Shown: one piece after another, positions 38,394-48,611 of the stretch
Layout of the letters: each line of letters starts with the position of its first letter
How positions within the stretch are numbered: the stretch's first letter is position 1
Source of the DNA: an uncultured Methanosarcinales archaeon
GTDB taxonomy: Archaea; Nanobdellota; Nanobdellia; Woesearchaeales; JAGVZT01
Assembly (NCBI GenBank): GCA_964419615.1
Contig: CAYQPU010000001.1
Coordinates: 1-64,000, forward strand
DNA length: 64,000 nucleotides
Direction: 5' to 3'
The notes under the pieces: model-generated
The model's database searches: none
What the model was told of the DNA's origin: nothing
The model's input: only the letters and a program-made list of their open reading frames with translations
Program-made: the position numbers and the translations under genes

Positions 38394-38426
38394 TACAATA
38401 TTTGTTGATAACTCTGGTTTGTTATT

Positions 38427-38834
38427 TTGGCATTTATAGCAAAAACAGAGGAAGTTAAGCCTGGTAGAAAGTATTTTTTGTTCATGCGAAAAGTTGTGCT
38501 TAGCTTAATTATTGGAGTTATGTTTTATAATATCCATTGGATTTGTGCTTTGTTAGCTGCAGGACTAGTTTATTATTTTAGCAAACAGATTAAAAAATAC
38601 AAAGTTGTTTATTTATTACTAGGATTGGTTTTATTTGTTAGTTCTTCTTACCAAATTTTCACTGTTGCAAGTCTGATTTTATTTTATGGTTTTGTGCAAG
38701 GAACCTTGGATACAGAAAAGCTGCTTAAGAAAAAGGTTTTTTATGTTATGGGTGTTGAGTTTAAGAGATATTATGGATTCTTGTTTGTATCTGTAATACC
38801 TAAGGTTCTTTGGAGCTTTGTCCAGATTCTTTGA
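38427..38834 (+). CDS. hypothetical membrane protein
   Basis: about 4 hydrophobic helices. Confidence 0.6.
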   Translation: MAFIAKTEEVKPGRKYFLFMRKVVLSLIIGVMFYNIHWICALLAAGLVYYFSKQIKKYKVVYLLLGLVLFVSSSYQIFTVASLILFYGFVQGTLDTEKLLKKKVFYVMGVEFKRYYGFLFVSVIPKVLWSFVQIL

Positions 38835-40762
38835 AGGTTCTGCTTGATTGTTAGTTTTTCAAGTTCTATTACTATTTCTTGGCTTGAGTAGTATTCTTTT
38901 TGATTTGAATCATAATATAAAACCATTATTTCAACTGTATTGTTGCCTTGTTTTAGTTCTTCACTGTTAAATCTTAATACCAGTTCTTTGTCACCCTCAA
39001 ATTCTTCAAATTCAAATTTACCCTGCAAAGTCCCAATTATTACAACTTGAACATTTTGCGGCAAAGTGGTTGAGTTCGTTGTTAAATGAATTACAATTTC
39101 ATGTTCATTATCAAAGCTTACATTTACAGGATAGGTGATATTATTAATAAGTAGCTTTGGCTGATCAAGAATTGTGTACTTTATATTTGAGGTTTTAGTA
39201 ATTTCTGAATTTTTAATTGTAATTGTCTGCTCAATAAATCCAGGATTTTCTGGTTGGATTGTAAAGTTTATTTGAGATGATCTTCCAATTCCAAGTTCAA
39301 GTGTGTTGCATTTATCTATGCAAATACTTAAGTTTTGTAGGATTACGTTGCCTATATTTGTTATTTTGCATGAACCTATAATTTCTTCATAAATATAATA
39401 TTCTTCTTGTGATATACTACAATTCAAGTTAACATTTCGAGAATAAGCAAGAGAATCTTGCTTTACAAGATCACTTAGTAATTTGTTGATTTCTCCTAAA
39501 GAATAATTTGGATAAGTAACTGAAGAATCAAATGCATTATATGTAGCAGTGCCTCTTAGAGAGACAATACCAAAAGGCATCTCGTATCTATACATAGAAT
39601 TAAGGTTTTTGTCAACTTTTATTATCCAGTAAATGTTTTTTTCTGAACTCGGTTCGAGTAATACATGTTTGTTATACGGGCTTATTATTTGTGTTCCTGA
39701 TGAAGTTGATAAGCTAAGATCTGTTTCCACGTAAAAATTATTCTTATTAACAATTCTTGCGTTGATCAGATTATAAGACCCAAAGCCAACCATTTGTCTG
39801 AGCGGTCTTAGTTCAAATTCAAGTAAACTACTTTGCGCTTGTGTTCTGTCAACCATGCTAGCATTAATGTTAAGTTGTTTAGAAGTCATTTGTACATCTC
39901 TTCCAACCCACATTATGAAACTTGTGCTTCTGTTTGAATCAGGATTATTACTGAATACAACATGTGATGCATCTACAAATCCAAATTCACCATAAGTTAC
40001 ATCAAATGGTATCCAGCCATATTCTGGAAAATATAATTCTGCCCAACCATGCGGTTCCCACCCTTCTATTCCAAGGTAGTTTGTGTATGCAACTCCGCTT
40101 ACATAACGTGCTGGGATTCCCAAGCTTCTGGAAAGAGCCATAAATAGGGTGGTGATTTCATCACATACACCATATCTGTTTTCAAGTACCCAAGATGCAG
40201 GTTGAGATGCTGTTGCTGTGATTGTGCTCATGTTATATTGCACATTTTGACTTACCCACCTAAATAGTTCAAATACAACATAGTTTAGATCATCTTGGCC
40301 TTTGGCAAGGTCAGATGCAAGCTCAATTATAAGTGGATCATCTGAATCAATGTTTTCAGTTGCTACAAGATACTCATTAAGTGAAGGATCAAATTCTCCC
40401 AAAGGAAAATCGATTTTTTCTTTTATGATTGGGAAATAATCGCTTACCTCAACTCTAGAGTCAACACTAGTTGTGAAAACAAGATCATCAAACGTGGTCC
40501 ATTCAAATATGATTGTATCATCTATTGATTTTGGTTTAGGAGATATTTCCTGATTAATGATTGTTTGTTGCTCTGTGTTTTGAGGATATATTGTTAGTTG
40601 GTATTGCAGCTCTGTTAACCTTGCTGAACTGCTTTTTTCAATTGCACGAAGTTCAGAATCAATTGAAACATCTATGACCATTTTGCTTGAATCAAGGCCA
40701 AGGTTAGCACAGGCAATAGGAATGATCAAAATAACTAAAAGTAGATACACACCTCTTTTCAT
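38771..40762 (-). CDS. secreted transglutaminase-like domain protein
   Basis: signal peptide; GVCDE, HGWAE, FDVT catalytic triad. Confidence 0.9.
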   Translation of the reverse strand: MKRGVYLLLVILIIPIACANLGLDSSKMVIDVSIDSELRAIEKSSSARLTELQYQLTIYPQNTEQQTIINQEISPKPKSIDDTIIFEWTTFDDLVFTTSVDSRVEVSDYFPIIKEKIDFPLGEFDPSLNEYLVATENIDSDDPLIIELASDLAKGQDDLNYVVFELFRWVSQNVQYNMSTITATASQPASWVLENRYGVCDEITTLFMALSRSLGIPARYVSGVAYTNYLGIEGWEPHGWAELYFPEYGWIPFDVTYGEFGFVDASHVVFSNNPDSNRSTSFIMWVGRDVQMTSKQLNINASMVDRTQAQSSLLEFELRPLRQMVGFGSYNLINARIVNKNNFYVETDLSLSTSSGTQIISPYNKHVLLEPSSEKNIYWIIKVDKNLNSMYRYEMPFGIVSLRGTATYNAFDSSVTYPNYSLGEINKLLSDLVKQDSLAYSRNVNLNCSISQEEYYIYEEIIGSCKITNIGNVILQNLSICIDKCNTLELGIGRSSQINFTIQPENPGFIEQTITIKNSEITKTSNIKYTILDQPKLLINNITYPVNVSFDNEHEIVIHLTTNSTTLPQNVQVVIIGTLQGKFEFEEFEGDKELVLRFNSEELKQGNNTVEIMVLYYDSNQKEYYSSQEIVIELEKLTIKQNLQRIWTKLQRTLGITDTNKNP

Positions 40763-40873
40763 AATCTACTCTGAGTTTGAACTATATATAAGGTTTTTGC
40801 CAAAAATAAAAGATTCTGTTTTTTCAAACCTTTAATCAAAAACCTTAAAAACCTATATTCATTACAATGGATT

Positions 40874-41941
40874 ATGGGGATGTTTGATGGAATGCTTGGA
40901 TCTGATGAAACTTTGTTTAAGAATCCTGTTGCTCTTGATTATGATTATCTTCCAAAAATATTACCTTATAGAGAGGGTGAACAGCGAAAAATTGCTGCTT
41001 GTGTAAAACCTCTGTTTAATAGAAGGAATGGTCGTAACTTGATTATTTTTGGTAAGTCTGGTGTTGGTAAGACTGCTGCTTGCAAGCATGTTTTAGTGGA
41101 ATTAGAAGAGCAAACAGATGAGATTGTCCCTATTCATGTTAATTGCTGGCAAAAAAATACTTCTTATAAGATTCTTACAGAGATGTGTGAGGAGTTAGGT
41201 TATAGGTTGACACATAACAAGAAAACTGATGAGCTGCTAAAAGTTGTGGTTACTATGCTTAACAAAAGTTCAGCTGTGCTTGTGTTTGATGAGATTGATA
41301 AGGTTGAGGATTATGATTTTTTGTATAATTTTTTAGAAAGTCTTTATAGAAAGAGTGTTGTTTTAATTACAAATCACAAAGAGTGGTATAATGAGCTTGA
41401 TTCTAGGATCAAATCGAGGTTAGTCCCAGAGATGCTTGAGTTCAAGCCTTATAACGTTGAGGAGACTGGAGGGATTTTAAAGCAGAGAATTGTGCATGGT
41501 TTTCAAGAAGGTGTTTTTGGGTCAGATTCAATTAGTTTGGTTACTAAAAAAACCCATGAGATGCAGGATATTAGATCTGGTTTGTATTTGTTAAAAGAAG
41601 CTGCTAATATTGCTGAGGAAAAAGCTTGCCGAAAGGTTGATATTGAACATGTTAAGATTGCTGTTGGTAAGTTAGATGAGTTTAAGATCAAGGATAGCGG
41701 GGATTTAGATGAAGAGACTCAGAATATTTTAAAGATTATTAAGAATAATTCTGGTAAAAAGATTGGAGATTTGTTTAAGGTTTATCAAGAGGATGGTGGG
41801 AGTTTAGTGTACAAGTCTTTTCAAAGAAAGGTAAAAAAGCTTGAGAAAGGTAAGTATATTTCGGTTTTAACAAAGACAGGTGGAAAAGAAGGAACAACTT
41901 CTATTTTGAGTTATAGTGATAAGAAGTTGACTGATTTTTAA
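40874..41941 (+). CDS. cdc6: Orc1/Cdc6 replication initiator
   Basis: LPYREGE, GKSGVGKT, VNCW, FDEID, C-terminal winged helix. Confidence 0.93.
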   Translation: MGMFDGMLGSDETLFKNPVALDYDYLPKILPYREGEQRKIAACVKPLFNRRNGRNLIIFGKSGVGKTAACKHVLVELEEQTDEIVPIHVNCWQKNTSYKILTEMCEELGYRLTHNKKTDELLKVVVTMLNKSSAVLVFDEIDKVEDYDFLYNFLESLYRKSVVLITNHKEWYNELDSRIKSRLVPEMLEFKPYNVEETGGILKQRIVHGFQEGVFGSDSISLVTKKTHEMQDIRSGLYLLKEAANIAEEKACRKVDIEHVKIAVGKLDEFKIKDSGDLDEETQNILKIIKNNSGKKIGDLFKVYQEDGGSLVYKSFQRKVKKLEKGKYISVLTKTGGKEGTTSILSYSDKKLTDF

Positions 41942-42210
41942 AACACCATCAAGAAGTCATCATAATCGTCAGAAGGTTCTTCATATTTTATGTCCAGATT
42001 ATCTACTCTTGCTAAGAAGGATCCTTTTCTAGCTTCATGGATTAGTTCATCTATTAGTTTTTGATCACCTTCTGCAATTATTTCTACTGAACCATCTGGT
42101 TTGTTTCTAACGCAACCTTTTAGTCCAATCTGGTTAGCTCTCTTTTTTATATGTAATCTATAAGATACTCCCTGGACTTTTCCTTGGGCATTTAGGATAA
42201 CTCTTTTCAT
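41938..42210 (-). CDS. acyP: acylphosphatase
   Basis: GKVQGVSYR, GCVRNKPDGSVE. Confidence 0.93.
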   Translation of the reverse strand: MKRVILNAQGKVQGVSYRLHIKKRANQIGLKGCVRNKPDGSVEIIAEGDQKLIDELIHEARKGSFLARVDNLDIKYEEPSDDYDDFLMVF

Positions 42211-42253
42211 TACTTTCTTTGTTTGTGATATTGATATAAATAGATTTTGTTAC

Positions 42254-42399
42254 TTAGTCCCACCTGGCCAGTTCGTGAGCCAGTTTGCTAGCTGCCAAAC
42301 AAAGTGAGTTCAAGTGTTTTCTACAAATGGCAAACTGTTCCTTACCCTGTCTGATGACGATCTAAGTCTCTCTCTCTTTCTTGGCCTTGCTGGGACTAA
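42254..42399 (+). ncRNA. candidate structured ncRNA, copy 2
   Basis: terminal stem TTAGTCCCA/TGGGACTAA, inner stem CAGTTTGCTA/TGGCAAACTG; shares CAAACTGTTCCTT with copy 1. Confidence 0.55.
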
Positions 42400-42486
42400 T
42401 TTTTACAACTAACACACTGGACACTGGACATTGTGATGTGAGGTATTTAAACAAATTTGTCTGATCTACTCCCTGAGGTGATGTTA

Positions 42487-42567
42487 ATGGAAAATACAAG
42501 TAATATCCAGGAACTATTTTTTGAGCAGGTTAAGCAAATGACTTTAAGAGGTGGTACAAATGCTTGA
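42487..42567 (+). CDS. 26-aa micro-ORF
   Basis: SD GAGGTG; overlaps the next micro-ORF by 8 nt. Confidence 0.4.
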   Translation: MENTSNIQELFFEQVKQMTLRGGTNA

Positions 42568-42664
42568 TTATTATTCAGAAGAAGAATTGGAAAGTGGTGT
42601 TAGTGATGGTAGTGTAGCAGCTGGAGACTGTGCTTTTATGAGAGGTTATCTAGATGCAGCCTAA
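42560..42664 (+). CDS. 34-aa acidic micro-ORF
   Basis: SD GAGGTG; MLDYYSEEELESGVSDGSVAAGDCAFMRGYLDAA. Confidence 0.55.
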   Translation: MLDYYSEEELESGVSDGSVAAGDCAFMRGYLDAA

Positions 42665-42787
42665 TTATATGGATTGGAAGGATTACTCTAAAAAGGCTGA
42701 TTTTTTTAATCTTTTTTATTTTCAGCAGCAAGTAAGAAAACAAAACTGTCACAAGCTATTTAAATAGAAGTTGATTACCATATATGT

Positions 42788-43360
42788 ATGCAGGTTATGA
42801 CTAAAGATGAAGTTTTGCTGAACAAAAAAAGAATAGTTCAGGGTATTAAGAAGGGTGCTGTTTTTATTCATCCTACTGACACAATTTATGGAATTGGATG
42901 TAGTGTACTAGATCAAGATGCTGTTAAAAAAGTTAGAGATTTGAAAAAAAGGAATTTTATGCCTTTTTCCATATTTGCTCCATCAAAGGAATGGATCTTT
43001 GAGAACTGCAAAGTAAGTGAGCAGGCCCAAGAATGGATAGAAAAACTACCTGGACCTTATACTTTAATTTTGGCATTAAAAAACAAGGATGCTGTAGTTC
43101 CAGAGGTTAATAATAGTCTGAACACAGTTGGTGTTAGAATTCCTGATCACTGGTTTAAAGAGGTTGTTAGTGAGCTTGGAATTCCAATTGTTACCACAAG
43201 TGCCAATATTAAAGGAGAGAATTTTATGACTGATATTGATAATCTTGATCCAAGTATTAAATCTGGAATGGAATTTATTGTTTATGAAGATGAGAAACAA
43301 GGAAAACCTTCTACTTTAGTTGATCTTTCTAAAAAAGAGCCTAAGATACTTCATAGGTAG
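42788..43360 (+). CDS. sua5: threonylcarbamoyl-AMP synthase (Sua5/TsaC/YrdC)
   Basis: HPTDTIYGIG, LPGPYT, VGVRIP, TTSAN. Confidence 0.93.
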   Translation: MQVMTKDEVLLNKKRIVQGIKKGAVFIHPTDTIYGIGCSVLDQDAVKKVRDLKKRNFMPFSIFAPSKEWIFENCKVSEQAQEWIEKLPGPYTLILALKNKDAVVPEVNNSLNTVGVRIPDHWFKEVVSELGIPIVTTSANIKGENFMTDIDNLDPSIKSGMEFIVYEDEKQGKPSTLVDLSKKEPKILHR

Positions 43361-44009
43361 GATCTTAACAAGATTTTTAAATAAACAGACCTTATTCCTT
43401 TTTAATATGAAAATACTAGCATTTGGGGATATTCATGGAGATACTAGGTTAGCATTAAAGCTAGCTGAGAGAGCTGAAAAAGAGAATGTTGATTTGGTTG
43501 TTTTGTGTGGAGATATTACCTATAATGAACAATCAACTGAGAATTTGATTGGACCTTTTGTTAAAAAGAACAAAAAGGTTTTATTGATTCCAGGCAATCA
43601 CGAGAGTGTTGCTACATCTGATTTTCTAGCAAGGCTTTATGGAGCCACTAATTTACACGGTTATTCTATTACTTCTGGAGATGTTGGATTTTTTGGTTGT
43701 GGTGGTGCAAATATTGGCATTCACCAATTAGAGGAAAAAGAGATATTTGATTTACTTAAGAAAAGTCATGATAGTATTGAGGAAGTTAAAAAGAAGATTA
43801 TGGTTACTCATGTTCATCCTTCTGGTTCAACAATGGAAAAAATGTCAAGTTTTTTCCCAGGTTCAGATGGTGTTAAAAAAGCTATTGATGAGCTAAAACC
43901 GGATTTACTTTTATGTTCTCATGTACATGAAGCTGAAGGTCTTGAAGAGATGATAGGTGGCACTAAAGTTGTTAATGTTGGAAAAGAAGGTAAGATAATT
44001 GAATTATGA
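43320..44009 (+). CDS. calcineurin-like metallophosphoesterase (start probably MKILA at 43407)
   Basis: GDIHG, GD, GNHE, THVHP, SHVHE. Confidence 0.9.
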   Translation: MIFLKKSLRYFIGRILTRFLNKQTLFLFNMKILAFGDIHGDTRLALKLAERAEKENVDLVVLCGDITYNEQSTENLIGPFVKKNKKVLLIPGNHESVATSDFLARLYGATNLHGYSITSGDVGFFGCGGANIGIHQLEEKEIFDLLKKSHDSIEEVKKKIMVTHVHPSGSTMEKMSSFFPGSDGVKKAIDELKPDLLLCSHVHEAEGLEEMIGGTKVVNVGKEGKIIEL

Positions 44010-44671
44010 AATCTTTTGATCTTGATATTGGTGAGCCGTATTTAGTGCAGATTGCAAAAGATCACAAGTGGGAAAACACTTGGGATATTGATTTGAGTTC
44101 TGATTTGCCAAACGCAGATAAGTTTATTGAGTACACAAAAGGTAGTTATGACAATGTTGCGATTGAAATTCTGTTTAAAAACAGTGAAGGTATGAAGAAC
44201 ATACTTGGGTTTGTTTTTAGTGACAAACTCAAAATCAAAACTGAAGCAGAGTTTTTAGAAATAATAACAAGGATTGCTAGCAACAAATCTGGTTTTGAAG
44301 ACCTGGTAGGTGAGCTCAACAAAACATTATTGCATAAAGATGAGTTCTTGTTTAAAGGAATGCCTGACATGATCAGAGTTGGTGTTGTTAATCATTGGTT
44401 TTCTGTTGGTCCTTGTCTGATTTGGGAAAAAGACTCCTCAACTGTAATACCAAAAGAAGAACTGCTTGACAAATTACAGCAGAATCAGGGTTTGTTTAAA
44501 TCAAGGCTAAACTATCAAGGAATTAGTTTCATATTTAATAGAAATGAGTTTGATTTTTATTATTGGATCAAACCTTCTTGTTTTAAAAAAAAAGGTGAAT
44601 ATTTTGTTGTTGATATTAATAAAATAATCAAACTAATGCAAAATATGTTTAGGTTTGAGTTCAGTTCCTAG
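44006..44671 (+). CDS. hypothetical protein
   Basis: 221-aa ORF, ATGA overlap. Confidence 0.7.
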   Translation: MKSFDLDIGEPYLVQIAKDHKWENTWDIDLSSDLPNADKFIEYTKGSYDNVAIEILFKNSEGMKNILGFVFSDKLKIKTEAEFLEIITRIASNKSGFEDLVGELNKTLLHKDEFLFKGMPDMIRVGVVNHWFSVGPCLIWEKDSSTVIPKEELLDKLQQNQGLFKSRLNYQGISFIFNRNEFDFYYWIKPSCFKKKGEYFVVDINKIIKLMQNMFRFEFSS

Positions 44672-44673
44672 AA

Positions 44674-45057
44674 TTAAGGCATGATATATCCTTCTACTTT
44701 CTGTTTTGATCCGTGAGCTCCTTTGTAGAGAATTGAGTTTTCAGGTATTATTTCGTTTACATCTTCATTATTATTAAGCATGCATGTTATTCTAGTTGCT
44801 AATCCATCATCATTCACTCCTGTCATAAAAATACCATGATATACAAGTGATAAAGATTTAGCTTCTAGTTTTCCTCCAATAACTTGAGTTTGCTCAATAA
44901 AACACATTGAGAATTTTTTTGGTTTACTTGGGATTACAACAACAGGTCCATAATCAGGAGTTGCTGTTAAATCTTCTAAGTTGATTTTTTCAGCAGACTC
45001 AATAATTTCTAGTTCCACAAGCCTTTCTACCACAGGATCTGGGTTATATTCATCCAT
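44674..45057 (-). CDS. hypothetical protein
   Basis: 127-aa ORF. Confidence 0.6.
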   Translation of the reverse strand: MDEYNPDPVVERLVELEIIESAEKINLEDLTATPDYGPVVVIPSKPKKFSMCFIEQTQVIGGKLEAKSLSLVYHGIFMTGVNDDGLATRITCMLNNNEDVNEIIPENSILYKGAHGSKQKVEGYIMP

Positions 45058-45123
45058 TTTAATCTAATATAAGGGAATTGAGTTTAATATATAAAGTTAA
45101 TTATTATAAAAGAGTAAAACAGC

Positions 45124-46590
45124 TTAACCTTTCACACTTATCAATGGTTTTACTCTGACAACTCTTTTTGCAACATCTGAGCTGTGCATTACACCTACAA
45201 CAAGATCTACCGCTTTATAAGCTCCAGGTGCCTCTTCTGCAACTCCACCAAGACTATGCCCTTTTATGATTATGCCTTTTTCTGCAAGGTGTTTGACAAG
45301 TTCTGTTCCTCGCCATTGTCTTTTTGCTTGGTGCCGGGACATTACTCTTCCAGCGCCATGTATTGCGCTTCCAAATGTTTCTTTCATTCCAGTTTCTGTT
45401 CCATGTAATATATATGAAGATGTACCCATTGTTCCACCAACTAATACTGGTTGACCTATTGATCTGTATGCACTTGGAACCTCATCCCTACCAGGACCAA
45501 ATGCTCTTGTTGCTCCTTTTCTATGAACCATTAATTCTTTTTGTTTTCCTTGAACTGTGTGTTTTTCAACTTTTACATTGTTATGACCAATTTCGTAGAA
45601 GGTTTCAATTTCTTCGGGTTTTACATTTATTGATTTGAAAGCTTGTCTTGTTAAGTGAGCTATCATTTCTCTGTTGGCAAATGCACAGTTAATTCCAGCT
45701 TTTACCGCCGCCAGGTAATCTTCTCCTTCTGGGCTTTGGATTGGAGCACATACAAGTTCTTTTTCTCTAATTGGAATATTGTATTTTTTATTTGCAGCTT
45801 CAAGTGTTTTTAGATAGTCTGTTCCAATTTGATGGCCTAATGCTCTTGATCCACAGTGGATGCTGATTAAGATTTGATCTTTGAACAGACCATAAGCCTT
45901 GGCTGCATTTTCATCAAATACTTCATCAACATATTGAACTTCAAGATAGTGATTTCCTGATCCAAGTGTTCCTACTTGTCTAAATTGCCTTTGTTTAGCT
46001 TTGTCACTTACTTTTGATGGATCAGCACCTTTGACTCTTCCATTTTCTTCAATGTACTCAAGATCAGATTCAAATCCATAACCTTGCTCAACTACATATT
46101 CTGCTCCTCTAATCAGAACATCATTAATTTGCTTCATATCTAATCTTAAGTCTCCTTTTGAACCAATTCCTGCTGGAACTGTTTTAAAGAGTGCATCTGC
46201 TAATTGTGATTTTACTTTTTCAACATCAGCTCTTGTTAACTGAGTTTTCAGAGTTCTAACTCCACAATTAATGTCAAAACCAACTCCAGCGACACTTATA
46301 ACTCCTTCTTGCAGGTCAAATGCTCCAACACCTCCAATCGGAAATCCATAGCCAGGATGTACATCTGACATTGCTAAAGAATATTCTTGTATTCCAGGTA
46401 AACATGCAACATTGATTATTTGTTTAAAAGCATTCCATTTCTTGCCTGCTTTAACATCAGCTATTAAATGATCAATTATTTCTTTGTTAGCATATATTCT
46501 TCCAGGAACATTCATTTCTCCATGTTTTGGGATGTCCCAAACATAGTCTGTGACTTTTTTTGCTTCATTCATTTCTTCCATTTGTATCAC
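45124..46590 (-). CDS. rtcB: RNA-splicing ligase RtcB
   Basis: DVHPGYGFPIG, DINCG, GSGNH, HRKGA, HGAGR. Confidence 0.97.
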   Translation of the reverse strand: MIQMEEMNEAKKVTDYVWDIPKHGEMNVPGRIYANKEIIDHLIADVKAGKKWNAFKQIINVACLPGIQEYSLAMSDVHPGYGFPIGGVGAFDLQEGVISVAGVGFDINCGVRTLKTQLTRADVEKVKSQLADALFKTVPAGIGSKGDLRLDMKQINDVLIRGAEYVVEQGYGFESDLEYIEENGRVKGADPSKVSDKAKQRQFRQVGTLGSGNHYLEVQYVDEVFDENAAKAYGLFKDQILISIHCGSRALGHQIGTDYLKTLEAANKKYNIPIREKELVCAPIQSPEGEDYLAAVKAGINCAFANREMIAHLTRQAFKSINVKPEEIETFYEIGHNNVKVEKHTVQGKQKELMVHRKGATRAFGPGRDEVPSAYRSIGQPVLVGGTMGTSSYILHGTETGMKETFGSAIHGAGRVMSRHQAKRQWRGTELVKHLAEKGIIIKGHSLGGVAEEAPGAYKAVDLVVGVMHSSDVAKRVVRVKPLISVKG

Positions 46591-47010
46591 CTATACATCT
46601 AATAAACATTCAAAATAATGGTTTCCTCCTTCATATTTATAACTCAAACCTGAGTATGTTGCAGCTTTAACTTCTGTTTTTGTTTCATGTTTCTTAAGAT
46701 TGATTTCTTCACCAATTGCTATTCCTTTTAATACAAATTTCTCATCTTGTTTAATGGAAACTTTAAATTCTGAGAAAAACATGCTGTTTATATCAGCTTG
46801 GGCTAGTAATTCATTTAGCCATTCCACAAAAAGAGCTGCTAAACTATCTGCTTCACACTTTATTTTAACTTCTTGTTTTTGATCAACCTCATCAAGGTTT
46901 ATCATTACATTAAACATCGCCTTTGCTCCTTCTTCAAAAGCCTTATTAACAGACTCAGCGAAGCTTTGGATGCCAACATCAGCTTGATGTTCAAGGTATT
47001 TATATCCCAT
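46591..47010 (-). CDS. archease
   Basis: YLEHQADVG, EVKAATY, LDV end; adjacent to rtcB. Confidence 0.95.
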   Translation of the reverse strand: MGYKYLEHQADVGIQSFAESVNKAFEEGAKAMFNVMINLDEVDQKQEVKIKCEADSLAALFVEWLNELLAQADINSMFFSEFKVSIKQDEKFVLKGIAIGEEINLKKHETKTEVKAATYSGLSYKYEGGNHYFECLLDV

Positions 47011-47045
47011 AGCTAGATTGTATTGCCAGGTGATTTAAAAGGTTT

Positions 47046-48611
47046 GTGTACATGATATCAAAGAAAACCTTTTTATATTTGATTATACTCCGTTTTGTTA
47101 TTATGGCTGTAATGTCGTTGGTCTGGGGTATATTTAGTAGTGGGACTACAAAGCAGTTGATCACTTCTTTCTTGATTTTGCTAGTTGGATTTCTTATTGC
47201 TAAATTTTCAACAAAGATATTTCATATACTGTACAGAACAGTTAGAGGTTCAGAGTCAATTAAACTGCATGAAGAAAAGGAGCCTTTACTAAGGTTTGTA
47301 AAGTATATAATTATGAGCCTTACTATTATTATTGCACTCTTATACCTTCGAGTTTCAATTGTTGAACATCTTAAGTTAACTTATGATCTTATTCCACAAA
47401 TACTGTCTATCATATTGGTAATTGTGCTCGGAATTACGATTATTGAGTTTTTTATTTTTATATTAAAATCATTTATTAAGTCTGTTGGTCTTGATGAGTA
47501 TTTGGAATTGTATAATCTTGGGCATTTGCTAGGAGTTATTATTTGGATTGTGAAAGTAACAATGCATCTGGTGTTGATTGAAATTATACTAAGAATGGTT
47601 GGAGTTGATTTTACCCCATTTACAACATTTTTAAGGATTGTTTTTTATGCATCATTTGTGCTGTTAGTCCTTTTTACATTTATTGGGTTAAAATGGTTTG
47701 TAGAAAATCTGTTTGCAGGATTGTTTTTAAGAAGCATACCTTATTTTAAAGTTGGTAGAAGCATAAAATATGGTGATTTTAAGGGAGAAATACAGAGTAT
47801 AACAAAAGCTGCTATAACAATTAAAAGGGGTAAGAAGATTAAATGGATTCCAAATAAGCTTATGACTCATGCTGAGCTCGAGTTTGAAGAGAAAATCCCT
47901 GAGCTTAGATCTTTGCCAAAAATTAAAAAATATTTTGTTGAGCAAAAGCCAAGTTATTGTGGTCCAGCATCTGCTGAGATTATATTAAACATATTTGGAC
48001 ATAAGGTTGACCAATTGGATATTGGAGAAAAATGCAAAACAGCTGTAGGAGTTGGCACTCATCCTAAAACATTAATTGGAGTTTCTGAAAAGCTTACCAA
48101 GAAAAAGGTTAGAGGAGTTTGGATTGATTATGATAATATTCTTGATCTTCAAAAAGAAATCAAGTCTTGGCTTGACCAAGGTGCCCTTGTAATTATAGAT
48201 TATAAGAAAAACTATCTTTTCCCAAAAGCTAAAACTGCTCATTATTCAGTTGTTATCGCTGTTGAAGGTAATGAATTGCTAGTTGTAGATCCAAGTATGC
48301 ATACAGGTGGAGTTTATTATGTTGATCCAAATAGAGTTTTCAAGGGAATGAATACTTATTCTAAGCTGATTAAAGGCAAGCGAGGATATATTGTGTTAGC
48401 ACCATCTGGTACAAATGCATATTGGAGAATTGAAAATGATCTTGCTTATGCAGATATAGGATTATATGATGATTTGAACAAAAAGTTAAGAGATAAACTT
48501 GCAAGACTAACAAATAAGACTAACAATGGAACTATTTTCCCAAACAAAGTTAAAAAGTTCCTGAATAATTGGGAAAAGAAGGAAAAGATTAGTCGAGTTT
48601 GGAAGCCTTAG
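47046..48611 (+). CDS. MscS-like membrane protein fused to a C39-like peptidase domain
   Basis: TM-rich N half; NLFAG...FKVG..I...GEIQSI..IPN MscS core; QKPSYCGPAS, HYSVV, VDP triad. Confidence 0.8.
   Translation: MYMISKKTFLYLIILRFVIMAVMSLVWGIFSSGTTKQLITSFLILLVGFLIAKFSTKIFHILYRTVRGSESIKLHEEKEPLLRFVKYIIMSLTIIIALLYLRVSIVEHLKLTYDLIPQILSIILVIVLGITIIEFFIFILKSFIKSVGLDEYLELYNLGHLLGVIIWIVKVTMHLVLIEIILRMVGVDFTPFTTFLRIVFYASFVLLVLFTFIGLKWFVENLFAGLFLRSIPYFKVGRSIKYGDFKGEIQSITKAAITIKRGKKIKWIPNKLMTHAELEFEEKIPELRSLPKIKKYFVEQKPSYCGPASAEIILNIFGHKVDQLDIGEKCKTAVGVGTHPKTLIGVSEKLTKKKVRGVWIDYDNILDLQKEIKSWLDQGALVIIDYKKNYLFPKAKTAHYSVVIAVEGNELLVVDPSMHTGGVYYVDPNRVFKGMNTYSKLIKGKRGYIVLAPSGTNAYWRIENDLAYADIGLYDDLNKKLRDKLARLTNKTNNGTIFPNKVKKFLNNWEKKEKISRVWKP

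Noticed and set aside
40763-40873. Origin directly upstream of cdc6
   Set aside because: No ORB-like boxes in this spacer
42254-42399. Hammerhead (CTGATGA), HDV-like (GTCCCA/TGGGAC), C/D box or RNase P identity for the structured element
   Set aside because: No GAAA after stem II, no P1 before P2, CTGATGA is absent from copy 1, and no GGAAAGTC/P4 pairing
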